Source of the DNA: Octopus sinensis
Lineage: Eukaryota
DNA: 64,000 nt
Assembly (NCBI RefSeq): GCF_006345805.1
Contig: NC_043015.1
Coordinates: 53,196,001-53,260,000 of the forward strand
Direction of reading: 5' to 3'
Below, one piece after another: positions 25,705-38,917 of this stretch (position 1 is the first letter of the stretch; every line of letters begins with the position of its first letter). The position numbers and the translations under genes were made by a program. The notes under the pieces are model-generated. The model searched no databases, was not told where the DNA came from, and saw only the letters and a program-made list of their open reading frames with translations.

Positions 25705-25749
25705 GAAACCTGATGAAGACTGGAAGTTATTCAGTCGAAACGTTGTGTT
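25705..25749 (+). ncRNA. Minimal hammerhead ribozyme (family C variant)
   Basis: GAAAC-CUGAUGA-A-GACUG-gaagttatt-CAGUC-GAAA-CG-UU-GUGUU; compensatory G-C to A-U change in stem II. Confidence 0.8.
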
Positions 25750-25839
25750 AACAACAAATATCGTTAAATGTAAACATGTAAATAATATACATACATCACA
25801 TACACAGAGACAGCAAACAGAAATGCGAAAATACATGGG

Positions 25840-25873
<34 letters not shown>

Positions 25874-26229
25874 TATATATTCTTTATATATATATATACA
25901 TAGACAAACATACATATATACACAAAGTCTCATATACAAACGCACATACATACATGCATACACTGGTAGATAGACAGATATACATACAAACATATGTTCA
26001 AATATACATATATATATATACATACATACGTACGTACATGCAGACAGACAGGCATACAACCAAAGGATGCATTTCCAAGTAAATGCTCCCACTGAAATGA
26101 TTTTGAATATTATATACATTTCAAAATATAACAAGTATTTTTGTGTGTATGTGTGTGTTTGTGTGTCAAACCTTCGTTTTGAGATCACCCCTACTTTATT
26201 ATCTCCCCTTTTCTTCCTTGCTCTCCTAT

Positions 26230-26440
26230 GTGACCCCTCTGTCCAGCATTCTCCATGATAGATCGCTAGCCACTAAATCTTTTTCTATTTTCTGTCTATT
26301 TCTGTCTATTTCTGTCTATTTCTGTCGAAGAGCGTAGGCTCGAAACGTAAAAGAATTTCTCACTTCCCGAGCGTTAAACTAATACATATGTTTGTTGTTT
26401 AGAAACCAGTCTTCGTTTTTCGTTTTTTTTTTGTTTTGAA
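26230..26440 (+). mobile_element. Family G pseudo-LTR remnant with hammerhead (A6U)
   Basis: CTGTCGA-A-GAGC-GTAG-GCTC-GAAA-CG-TA-AAAGA at 26322-26354. Confidence 0.65.
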
Positions 26441-26456
26441 AATTCTCAATATATTT

Positions 26457-27295
26457 GCGATATCTGATTAATAAATATCTGGACTGTTGCCATAGTAAAG
26501 AGGCTACACCACGCAGACTAAAGCCGCTTCGCAAAAGTTGGCTTTGAATCTGCACTAAGATTTTACGTTCTGGCTTACTTCCGCTGTTTACAGCAGTGCT
26601 TTGGAAGAAGGAGTATAACGTGTGATCGTCGCATTGACCATGACGGAGAAAGTTGTCACGGCGATACTTAATCAGAAGCCTACGCGAAGCTGCAGAAAGT
26701 GTATGGAGAGGAGTGTTTGAGTGTACAAGTGGTTCAGACGCTTCCAAGATGGCCGAAAAATGTCGATATTGACAAAAGTTCTGGGTGACCCGCAGCCAGC
26801 AGAACTGAGAAAGTTCTGCGAGTGTAGCTGTGAGGGCAAATCGTCGAATCACTAGTTTAGATACGGTTCAGTTCAATCCATTATGACGGGAGATTTGGGA
26901 ATGAGGCGTATGTCTGCCGAGTTTGTGCCAAAGCTGCCTTCAACTGACCAAGAAGACACACGTGTTTCAATTGTACAAGATCTTGATTGCGTTGCGAATG
27001 ATGAAAACTCTTTGAAAACTTTGTGTTGGCCTCTGCTCAGATATCGGCAAGCTTTTGGCAAGATCTGATGCAGATTCTCTGCTTACCATTTTCTGTCATT
27101 GATCAATGCAACGGAGGCACACTACAAACGTTCCTTCCAAGCACTGCTGTAAGAAGTAGAAGTGAGCTAGAACGTTAAACCTTAGTGAGCATACATAGTA
27201 GAGTTCATGGTCAATCTGTACCAACCGGCTTCACTCTGCGTGCTTTAGCTTTGCTACTATAGCAACAGTAGTTCGGATACTTTTTGGTCATACAA
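26457..27295. mobile_element. Mariner derivative built from two inverted left ends
   Basis: Plus strand: TIR, MTEKV..EAYAKLQKVYGEEC, KWFRRFQDGR, MRRMSAEFVPKL. Minus strand: TIR-like end, then MTENGKQRICIRSCQKLADI. Confidence 0.75.
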
Positions 27296-27308
27296 ATAAT
27301 ATACACAC

Positions 27309-27352
<44 letters not shown>

Positions 27353-27406
27353 TATATATATTATATATATATATATATATATACATACATATTATGTATA
27401 TATATA

Positions 27407-27468
<62 letters not shown>

Positions 27469-27526
27469 CATATATATATATATATATAATATATAATAAT
27501 ATATATATATATATATATATCTATAT

Positions 27527-27557
<31 letters not shown>

Positions 27558-28779
27558 GACGGTTTGTAGCCGTATACTCAACATGCAGGAATTGAACACC
27601 TATTTTGTATATCTTATACTACCTCTGACGAGATTCGACTTTCAAATAATTTTCAATTTTATTAATTTTTCTGATGATCTGGAACTGAAACAGCTATAAG
27701 TGATGTTTTTTTTTTTTTCAATATTTTAATAAATAAATAATAATACGTATATATATCTACATATACGAGTGTAGATACGTATATACGTAATTATGTACTT
27801 GTTGTTCATTGTTCATAAATTGTATTTACAAAATTCACAATTTATCGCAATGTATTGCTTTGATGTGCTGTGCACAGCCAATGTGGCCTACGAGGAAGTA
27901 TCCAGATGTTTTCAAACGAAACTTTCTCTTTACCAACAAGTACTGCTGAATTTTCCTTATTCATATTTCTGTTTCTGAATATTTCATAGTGTTAACATAA
28001 TTTATGGATACCCAGTATATTGATGGTTCTCCATCAGTTTCGACGGAAGAATCAGTTGTATGACCAACTGAGTAATCTCTTCTTGAATTAAAGCGTCAGC
28101 TTAACTCTACTTTTAACTTAATCTTCACAGATTTGTATTACAACTAAAACCTATCAGTTTTCTATATTGTTTTTGCCAAATCATTTTTCTCATAAGACAT
28201 GGGATGATCCGTGGCTATATAAACTAATTTGCGCAGGATACACCATAGTAAGATCGAACCACTGTGTTGTTCGGAGAAAAGCTTAATCATTCGACCATGC
28301 GGCTCATAGTTTTATGCCCTCGTATACAAATGAATATGAGTGTGGTGCCGTGCGTATATGTCTGTGTATGTATGTATATGGTGTATGCATATATGTATAT
28401 ATACTTGTGTATGTATGTGTCGATGCGTCTGTGTTTGTATACATACATAGATAGATAGATGGATAGATACATACATGCATACATACATACATAATTACAC
28501 ACATACATACATACATATATACATACATACTTACGTACATATATACATACATACGTACATGCATACATATACAGAGAGACAGTTGACAGACAAACAGTCA
28601 GACAGACAGACAAATAGATAGATGCATCGAGATATATATATATCCTTCGAACGTAGAGTAGATGAAACCCTTAGCGACTGAAGAAGGGGTTTTTTCTTTG
28701 TGTTAATTGTCCTGTACTCATATATGCGTGTATATGTACATTTAGAGGTAGGTACGTACATATATGTTTATATATATGC

Positions 28780-28791
28780 ATAGATAGATAT

Positions 28792-28838
<47 letters not shown>

Positions 28839-28869
28839 TATAGATAGACAGATAGCCAAATAGACAGAC

Positions 28870-28937
<68 letters not shown>
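28780..28937. repeat. (GATA)n microsatellite
   Basis: Direct inspection. Confidence 0.95.
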
Positions 28938-29336
28938 GTGCACGGGACAGGGTACGCGCAATTATATGCGTATATGTGTAAATAACATTTCTCATTCTTT
29001 GCTGTGTGAAAGTGCATACGGTTATATGTATATTCACAAGATCATAAGTACGTACGTATATGAGTAGCTGGTGTGTGTGTGTGTGTATGTGTGTGTGTGT
29101 CTGTGTGTGTCTATGTGTGCGTCTGTGTGTGTGCATGTGTGTGTGTGTGTATCTGTCAGTCTATAATATTGCAGCATTTTCACTCATATAGTAGTGACAC
29201 CGTAACTATTTAGTTAGCTTCAGCTAATATTGTCTAGAATTTATGTCTACGACCAATGTAATCGATCATTATTGATTATTCCAGTCCGTCACACCACCGC
29301 CGTACTACCTGCACCACACAATACACATACACATGC

Positions 29337-29415
<79 letters not shown>

Positions 29416-29565
29416 CATATATATATATACACACATATGTATAACATATATTATATACACTCATATATATACACTCATATATATCTATATATAGATATAT
29501 ATATATATATACACTCATATATATATATACATATATTATATATATATATATACACTCATGTATAC

Positions 29566-29598
<33 letters not shown>

Positions 29599-30026
29599 CA
29601 TGTATGTATGTGTGTGTATACGGTTCTGTACACATATATAGACTAACAAATACTCATAACTTTTCAGCTAGTCTTTTCGCCAGTCTATCAGATTGTGTCT
29701 CATGACTGATTGAGGTCGGTCTCTGAATAAGTAAAATGGCTGCTTCAAAGATAAAAGGAATAGTAAGATGGTCAGATCTGTAGGAAACGGTGTAAGCGCA
29801 TAGTATGGGGGAGAAATGGGGAAGTAAGAGAATGAGAGAGATGGGGAGAAAGAGAGGGGGTAGTAATAGTGGATACACAGAGTCAAACAGAGAAAGAATA
29901 GCAACATGGAGAGAGAGAGAGAGAGAGAGAGAGAAGGGAGAGACAGATAGACAGAGACGGAGGGAGTGGGAGAGTGAGACAGAGAGAGGGGGATATGGAG
30001 AGACCGACGGTGAAGGCGGGATACAA

Positions 30027-30100
<74 letters not shown>

Positions 30101-30327
30101 GGATAGATAGATGGATAGATAGATAGGTAGGTAGGTAAGTATGTAGATAAATAGAAAGACCCAAACACCGGAAGAACACTTGCGGTAGAAAGACGGAAAA
30201 AGAAAGAAAGAAAGTGTGGAGATAAAGAGAGAGAGAATGAGAGAGAGAGAGTGAATATACGCCACACACACACACCACACACACACACACACCACACACA
30301 CATTATATATATATATATATATATATC

Positions 30328-30365
<38 letters not shown>

Positions 30366-30719
30366 CATATATTATGGTTCTTTATTTTTATCAGCTCAGT
30401 ATGGTTGCAGAGCAACGTTGACTTTGTCGTGATTTGAAATCGGAAAGAGCAGAGCGTCAAAACGAATACTACAAGGCATTTTTTTCCGATGCTGCAACGA
30501 GTCTACCAATTTTTCTTCCCTTTAGACCATCCATACATGCGAGCGTCGGGATTATTAGTGAGACGTCACAAGGGAAGGAAAAAAAAACTTCCACTAACAT
30601 TAAACAGAACAAGTCTGATGGAATAATTTGAGCGAACGAAGCAGAAAACTAAATTGGTGTAATATTGCAAAGGCAAGTTGTCCGATGAATGTGACGGTTC
30701 ATGTCAAAAGGAAATGCGG

Positions 30720-30880
30720 TATGGTTATGAGGTTACGAAACTAGCTTGGAACCTACGTAGTTTCAAGTTCAGTACCAATACGTGGCACTTTTAGCAAGTG
30801 CCTTCTGGTGTAGTCCTCGGACCAATTACTGCTTTGTGAGTTAGTTTGGTAGACAAGAACTCTGTGAAAGCTATTAGATT
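30720..30880 (+). mobile_element. SINE family A, degenerate head and core
   Basis: gtttcaagttcagtaccaatacgtggcacttttagcaagtg resembles gggttcagtcccactgcgtggcaccttgggcaagtg. Confidence 0.5.
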
Positions 30881-31304
30881 ATTGTTTGTCTTATGAGATA
30901 GATTTACGCATATATACACAGAGCGAGATACTCAAGATGACGTTGGCCTAAAGAGTAGCCTGCGGTATACTCCTCACTTGGATATTTACCACTTCCGAGG
31001 TTCCGCTCGCTATGAAACATACGTGACTCGGATGTTATCTACTCCATTCCATAACTCTTGTATTTTTATTCGCATCCCGTAAAATATAACAAGAACTTTT
31101 TCAGGTTAACGTACTTCGATACAAAAAATAATCCACAACATTCTGTCTGTCTCAATAAACCACTATTGTCCTTGAAATTTGTTTTTTTATATTTACCACG
31201 GATTGATTGAAGCTAACTTTCTTCACCTTGATCCCTAGATATTATATATATATATATATATATATAGATCGAGAGAGAGAGAGAGAGAGAGGGGGAGAGA
31301 GATA

Positions 31305-33720
31305 ACATTATTTGGCCACACAGGGCTGAACACAGAGGGGACAAATACAAATGTTGAGATTTTCTTTACGAAAATGAAATGGAAAGAGGGTGAGGGAAAG
31401 TAAAATTCCGATCAAAAGGGATCGGGGCGGGGTGAAAAACGATCAAAATGTAAAAAAAGCAAGATTAGGTTTATCTGTGGAAAGAAGAGCCTGCAGAAAA
31501 GAACACAGTAACCTCAGGCAGGGAGAGGATAATCACATAAGAGCAAAAAGGTCTCTCTCTTTTTTCGATTTACAGGATCATGCTCAAAGTGGTTTCATCA
31601 CTCGCACACGCCATCTTTGCTACATCCAGCCACCGTTTTTGAAACTTTCCCAAGAAAAATTCTGATTTTCCATTCTCACCTTCCTTTTCAAGTGGTACTT
31701 AAAAACGTTGATGAGCGATTGGCAAGAGAGTTAAGTGTTTGTCTCTAATCCTTTCGCTCGAGTCCACTACACACATTCTTTCCCCATGGCCACCAGTACG
31801 ATGAAGACTTCTTGCCTTCCCGGTTGAGGGAAGGTAGCGGAGCAATATTTAGACGACAGACTCGGCCGACAGGCGGACTCGTCTTACACGTGACGGCACT
31901 CGTTCGGCATAAGCCCACAGGTCCGAAATGGTTGGACACTGAACGAGTGCGTGCAGAATGGTTTCGTCGCTCTGACCGCATCTCAGGCAAGTCGGTCCGG
32001 TGTGTCTTGAACCGTGCCTGTAGAGCTTATCCCGAACAGGTAATGCTTCTCGATTCACTGCCACGCCAGGGATCTTTGGTGATTGTCCATAGATACTGGC
32101 CCGAAAGTTGTCCTGCACAGTCGGGTCAGGTGTTCCTCGTCGACGCCGAGATTCTGCCCGAGAACGTCGTCGTACCTCCCCTCCACTAATCCCCTATAGA
32201 ACACCTTTGTTATAATGCAGTCGCACAACTTTGGACCCGGACGGCAGAGTTGCTAGAGAGCAACGCGACACTCGCCGCACCATTCGCCTATCCTCGGTCT
32301 CTGTTTGGTCCATGACTGCGAGAAAGCGCACCGCACAAACGGCGACCACACCTGTTCACCATCGTCTTTGAAGCGACGGAGATATCATAGTTTCAGCGCA
32401 TGTCTGGGCATCATCAACTACGGCATGCCTAGCCCTTCATTTAGCGGGCATTGACAGAAAATGGATTGCCTAACCATCGGAACGCTTCCTTTCCACAGGA
32501 AGCGGAAGAGTATACGTTCCATTTTGGTGATGGCAGTGTCGAGATAAGGCACGACAGTTAGGCGGTAATCGATGACGGATGCGATGTACGCTTTCGCCAA
32601 CTCCGCCTGACCTTTTAGGAATAGTTTCCTCTCAGCCCGTTGCTGGGTGAGAGTGGCCACCCTAGTCGTTATTTCGCTCCAGTTCTTCTCCATTTGGATG
32701 TCCGGACCGAACCAGACTCCGAGCAATTTAACCGGTCCGTCGGTTCAGCGTTCCACAATAGAGACGCTGTTGGACGGCATGGGCTTGCTTCTCCAGGTGC
32801 CGAGCCGCAAGCCCACTGACTTCCCCGGTTAATTTTTGCTTCCGTCACCGCTTCGTATTCTTCTAGCGTATCACCGACCAGGTCGAAGTCCTTGTGTCTC
32901 GACACTATGACAGTGACGTCGTCCGCGTATACAGACACACTCCTCCCGCATCCCAACTCTCGTTGGATGCCCCTCAGCGTCGCCAGCTTCCGCAGTAGTG
33001 GCTCAAGAGTCAATACATACAGAAGCGACGAGAGGGGGCATCCTTGACGAACCGAACGCATGATGTTAAATGGTCTGGATAGTTGATCATTTACGCGAAC
33101 TACCAAGCGGATACCGCTGTATAAGCCAGCGAGCCTGGCGCGGAAGATGGGACCGAAGCCATCCCCTTTAAGGACAGCCTCCAAGTAGTGATGGTCTACC
33201 CTGTCGAAAGCTTTTGATTGATACAAATTGATCAGCGCTCCAACCATGTCAGGTTCCTTAACTACCCTGTCTATGATGTTGCGCGTCAGATAGGGGCTTT
33301 CATGGATACTCCTAATCGGCACAGCGCACGTTTGCGCTTCGCCGACCAGTTTCTCGATTACAAGCGCCAACATCTTGGCTAACACCTTGGCCAAAATTTT
33401 CAAATCTGCGTTGAGCAGAGGGATGGGTCTGAAGTTATCTATGACGTTCCTTAGCAGTGCCACCGCTCCTCGCTTTACAAAGCACGCATCCTAGCTCTGA
33501 CAATGCTTTTTGGCATTGAAGTGTTGATCAAGGGCCAACCTCGCTGCCAGTACGTTGGATACGATGCCAGTTCTAAGTGCCTCTTCTAATTTCTTAACTA
33601 GGTCTTCCTCTATTCTATTTCGCTCTAATGTTGGGGCCTTGCTGTACCTAACCGATTCTGCTTTAATTGCTTTCTTTCGGGTATAATAACATCTGTTCGT
33701 GATGATGGCACACGTCAATG
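31305..33720 (-). pseudogene. 5'-truncated, internally deleted Tx1/L1-clade LINE ORF2 plus 3' UTR
   Basis: RT motifs FRPIPLLNADLKILAKVLA, QSKAFDRVDH, SVRQGCPLS, YADDVT; C-terminal CLRCGQSDETILHALVQC zinc finger; tether-like segment at 33491-33718 joined directly to the RT start. Confidence 0.92.
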
Positions 33721-33869
33721 CTCTCTTAACTAATGTGCTTAACTGTAAATCAGGTGTGCCGTGTGTCTATGTGTTTTATCTAAGTCAAATGGACAAGTCA
33801 CAAATTTGTTGTCTGTGTAGCTGACTATATGGAATTGTGGACAACCTACACTGTCCCTATCCACTGTCC

Positions 33870-33892
33870 TAGATAGATAGATAGATAGGTAG

Positions 33893-33923
<31 letters not shown>

Positions 33924-33934
33924 GACAGACAGAC

Positions 33935-34009
<75 letters not shown>

Positions 34010-34081
34010 CTGACAGACAAAGGAAAAACAGACAGATATATAAATAAATACATAGATGCATAACTAGATAGATACATAAAT

Positions 34082-34158
<77 letters not shown>

Positions 34159-34176
34159 CAGACAGATAGACAGACT

Positions 34177-34260
<84 letters not shown>

Positions 34261-34300
34261 TAAAGCGAGAGAGAAAGAGAGAGAAAAGAGAGATGGATAG
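33870..34300. repeat. (GATA)n compound microsatellite
   Basis: Direct inspection. Confidence 0.95.
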
Positions 34301-34885
34301 ATACACATATTACTGCGTTTTACATGCGTAATTTTAAATTGCATGGCATACATATAGAGAGATAAATTAAAAATTTAATCGACAACTGAAGACAATTTTG
34401 TTGGAAATTAAATAAATTATTTAGTGAAACCATTTATTATATTATTGATACAGACTGGAAATACTTTTAATGACTTGCCTCTGTACACTTTGGTGTTTGC
34501 AGGGGTATTTGGGTGTATCTGTGTGTAGCTGTGTAAGTGTTCCTGTGCATGTGTGCGCATTTGTCTGTTTGTATGTGTGTGTTTATATGTTTGTGTTTGT
34601 GCGTAATTATAGATGTCGCGGACTGAGGATTACTGTTTGTACGAGTGTGTTTACGCGTTTGTGTGTGTGTGTGGTTGTGTGTTCATACAAGTGTAAGATA
34701 GTGTGGAATGTGAGTGTGTGTGAATATTATGCATGGAAACGGCTGTGGCAGTTCTAGTCAATGCTTCTTAATAAAAGACAAAGTACTTCCACACACACAC
34801 ACGCACACACCGGCATCTATGCTCACATGCACTAATGCAAACATACACATATGCACATCTACATATATACATACATATAAATAAC

Positions 34886-34916
<31 letters not shown>

Positions 34917-34995
34917 ATGTGTGTGAGGGGGTGAGGTGGGGTACACTTATAGACATATATATATACATGTATACGTATGTATGTATGTACGTACG

Positions 34996-35029
<34 letters not shown>

Positions 35030-35680
35030 TGTATGTATGTATGTATGTATGTATGTGTGTATGTATGTATGTATGTGTGAATGCATGTATACGTCTAAAT
35101 AAGTTTGTGTTTCTGAACACACATACCCACAATTTATCTGTCTTTCTATTTATCTTTCTCCATTCCTCTATGTCTTTCTCTATCCCTCTCTCACCCTCTC
35201 TCTCTCTCTCGTTCTCTCTCTCTCTCTTTCTTTTTCTTTCTCTGTACACAGAAATACACACATACACAGACACAGAAACATACCCATATATATATATACA
35301 CACATATCTATATATGTACACTGACTGATTAAAATGCGCATCTAAAGATTCGGTTTGATGAGCGTAAATTTATTAAGTACTCCAATTTGATTAGACTGTG
35401 TGATAAATACATGCACACATAGACATACATGCATACATACACACACTCACACACACACATCCACGCATATATAAACATACATATATATGAATACACACAT
35501 ACCCACACAAACAGACATAAACATGCCCATATATAGTCGCTTGTGCGTGTGTGTAAGTGGAAAATGATTACCAAAGAGCGCGGTACGTGAAAATTATTTA
35601 ATGGTTGTATCGTATTTATATGCTTTAAACAACATTAATGATGTTAGTACGGTGTAGTAGTAGTAGTAGTAGTAGTAGTA

Positions 35681-36248
35681 TGAACGCCATGATGCAGTGA
35701 CAGTCAGTGTCTCTAATGGCCTCTAATCTTAACTGATCGCAAAAGTTAACATGTACACTGTTTTGTCTTGGTATAAAAGATGGGTTACAGCAAATATTCT
35801 GCTCAATGCCACAGATTTGCTTGTCAGTTGCTTTGCGTTGGCCACTTGAGCATGTCCTTTTATTGGCCGACGATATTTACATCTCAAATCACGAGCAGAA
35901 TTAGTGGTGGAGCATCATAGCCATGTGTAGAGAGGTATTCTTTGGGGGTCTTGAAAAATTCTCCTATGGAAACACGGGTGTTTCGTTTATAATCCTTAAA
36001 CGCCCCTTATTCAGGGTCCCTTGTGCGGGATGAGCTACTCGACCTGAAGAAAATTGTAACTGCCCCCCCCCCTATGGAATGTCATGTGCTGTTTGTCTTG
36101 ATGTGAGATCGTCATGTCACGCAAATATGGTTGTGATGCATGTGCCTGTCGTACCGTTATCAGACGGGTAGTCATGATGGATATACTGTGCTTCGTATAT
36201 TTCTACCCTTGTATCGCTTTGATAACGTGCGCTGCTCTGCCACTCAGT
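35681..36248. mobile_element. Unclassified ~570-bp interspersed element (family D), copy 1
   Basis: Colinear with 48801-49356; flanked by (TAG)n and (TAA)n. Confidence 0.8.
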
Positions 36249-36396
36249 GATAATGATAATAATAATAATAAGAGTAATAATAATAATAATGATAATAATG
36301 ATAAGAACAATCATATACCACCACCACCACCACCACCACCACCACCACCACCACTACTACTACTACTACAACTACTACTACTACTACTACTACTAC

Positions 36397-36428
<32 letters not shown>

Positions 36429-36721
36429 GTGATGATGATGATGATTTCAAATTTTTGCCACAAGAGCAGCTTGGGTGAGGGGAATTAAGTTGATTGCATC
36501 GACTTCAGTGCGTAACTGGTACTCATTTAATCGAGTCCAAAAGGATGAAAATAATCTTGAAATCTTGAAATAAACTGAATAATGACATACATACGTACAT
36601 ACGTGCAAAGATACATACATACATACATACAGACATACATACATACGTACGCACATACATATATACATACATACATACATACATACATACATACATACAT
36701 GCATACATATATATACATATA

Positions 36722-36900
36722 TTATCTTTACTTGTTTCTGTCATTTGATTGAGGCCATACTGGATCACCACCTCGAAGAATTTTTAGTCAAATGAAGCGA
36801 CCCCTGTGATAATATTTTTTAAAGCCTGGTACTTATTCTATCGGTCCCTTTTGCCGAACTGTAAAGTTATGGAGACGAAACAAACACACACACACACACA
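36722..36900 (-). mobile_element. SINE family A, 3' portion
   Basis: tttacttgtttctgtcatttga...aagcctggtacttattctatcggtcccttttgccgaac. Confidence 0.75.
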
Positions 36901-36934
36901 TAAACACATTCACACACACACACACACCACACAC

Positions 36935-37021
<87 letters not shown>

Positions 37022-37624
37022 CCCAGACATTGCCCGGATTTCAATATTCCAAAGTTGGTTTAAGCCTTCTGATATCAAGTTGCCTAAGACTGCTCCTGGT
37101 TCTTTGATACAAATTCCTTGCTTAAAGAGATCTGAATAAAAACCATTCCATCAACATTTCATGCAAATTATTTATATTCCAGACGCCAGTTTATTAATGG
37201 CAAAAACCATTTTCCTGAATTCTTTGTTATTTTCATAATTGACTGACACGAAAGTAATGTATTTCAAGAGAAATATGGCGGCAAAGAGGTTGATAATAGC
37301 AAACTAAATTCTTAATGATTTTCGAAATTAATTGGAGCAAAAGTACTATATTTCAACTGAATTATGATAGCAAAAGGTTAAAATGTGTCTGTTATTTATT
37401 AATATACATTTCTGATACATAGCAAAATGTATCAGAAAAGAAATATCCCACTCCCATATATTTATAATAACTTCAAACACGAACGTATTTCCTACAATAT
37501 AGTTAGATGCGAAACACTGACCCATGATTGAGGATATTGAATATGCGTACACATAGGGGGTACTATCGATATGTATTTCTATCAATAATTCATAAAAGGG
37601 AGTTTAAAGAAGGCTTCGGCACGC

Positions 37625-37818
37625 ATCACCAGCTTAATAAGCCAAATTTTGGCACAAGACCAGCAAGTTCCTGGTGGCGGGGGTGTAGTATTAAGTTGAC
37701 TTTATAGACCCTCAGTGATCAACTGGTACATATTTTATCGACCCAGAAAGGATGAAAGGTGAAGTTGACTAGGGATATTGTTGCCCGGCATGCGAACGAT
37801 TCTGCCAATTCACCGCCT
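37625..37818 (-). mobile_element. SINE family B
   Basis: tttatcgacccagaaaggatgaaagg...cccggcatgcgaacgattctgccaattcaccgcc. Confidence 0.7.
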
Positions 37819-37827
37819 TAGTTGTTA

Positions 37828-37844
37828 TCTATATATATAAAACA

Positions 37845-37883
<39 letters not shown>

Positions 37884-38165
37884 CCTGCATAACTTCTGAA
37901 GTTCGTAACTGATTTTCTTCAAACTGGGAACATACATTACTTATGTTCCAGACATAATTTTAAACTCTTAAAATTTTGCACATATTGAGTAATGAGGCCT
38001 CTGAAGCCAGAAAATACCCTCTCCTATAGTAAGTACGACTCCCTTGGAAAAGTAGCTTCTTTTTAATTTGCTGAGATATTGATATTGTTTACCATTTTTA
38101 TTGATATTTCATTATTATCGTACAATTGTCATCTTAGTTTATTACATCATATTTCTTGACATAAT
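37828..38165 (+). mobile_element. Possible non-autonomous Helitron-like element, 5' part
   Basis: Starts TCTATATATATAAAA, then (tg)n and ataacttctgaa...gattttcttcaaact. 3' end not found. Confidence 0.35.
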
Positions 38166-38169
38166 ATCT

Positions 38170-38917
38170 CCGAAGAAGAGCACCTTCATTGGTCGAAAAA
38201 CGGCGGGAGCAGAGAAATTGTGATGGAGAGCAAATGAATTGTCTCATGCACTTAGTCCACGAGCAATCTGGAACTGTTTGAAGCCGATGAAAGTTGGGTT
38301 AATCACTACTAGCCTGAAACCAAAGAACAATCAAAGCAGTGGAATAACACATCTTCTCCTACCCCAAAGAAGATCAAGGTCATTCCTCCAGCTGGTAAGG
38401 TCATGGTGTCCGTTCTTTTTTTTTATTCTCAATGTGTCTTGTTGATCGATTACCTTCAAAAGAGTCACATCGTGACAGGGTTTTATTATTCTCGACTACT
38501 GAAACGCCTCCGAGAAGCAATCAAAGACTCACTAGAGGAGTCCTTTTTCATCACAACAATCCTCCAGCCTACACCTCAGTGGTTGCCATGGCAACTATTC
38601 GTGATTGTGGATACGAACTTCTTCTCCATCCGCCTTATTCGGCATACATACTTCCCTCTGACTTTCATCTATTCCCAAAAAATGAAAAAAAACCTGGCTT
38701 GTCGAAATTTTGCCTGTGAGAAATACGTCATATACGTTGTAAGAGGTTTCTTGGAGTTTCAGACAAAAGTGTTCTTCTACGCCGGAATAATGGCACTTGA
38801 GCACCGCTGGAGAAAGTGTTCAGCCATCGAGGGGGACTATGTTGAAAAATAAATCATCAGAAGTCTTGTACTACGTTTTTTGTTTTGAGGCTCAAGATTT
38901 TTCATACGCCCCTTGTA
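38170..38917 (+). mobile_element. Decayed mariner 3' half (irritans-like) with right TIR
   Basis: PAGKVMVSV, HHNNPPAYTSVVAMATIRDCGYELLLHPPYS..LPSDFHLFPK, WRKC..IEGDYVEK; ends atttttcatacgccccttgTA. Confidence 0.85.

Noticed and set aside
27088-27147. Strong-looking minus-strand exon (cttctacttcttacag ... ATG|gtaagc)
   Set aside because: It lies inside the inverted mariner left end and corresponds to the transposon 5' UTR and start codon.
27661-27700. CTGATGA...GAAA at ~27671 as a hammerhead
   Set aside because: The intervening TCTGGAACT cannot form stem II, and no stem I is evident.
37020-37145. Open frame LFKQGICIKEPGAVLGNLISEGLNQLWNIEIRAMSG after a minus-strand acceptor
   Set aside because: No splice donor before it runs into (TA)n, and no recognisable homology.
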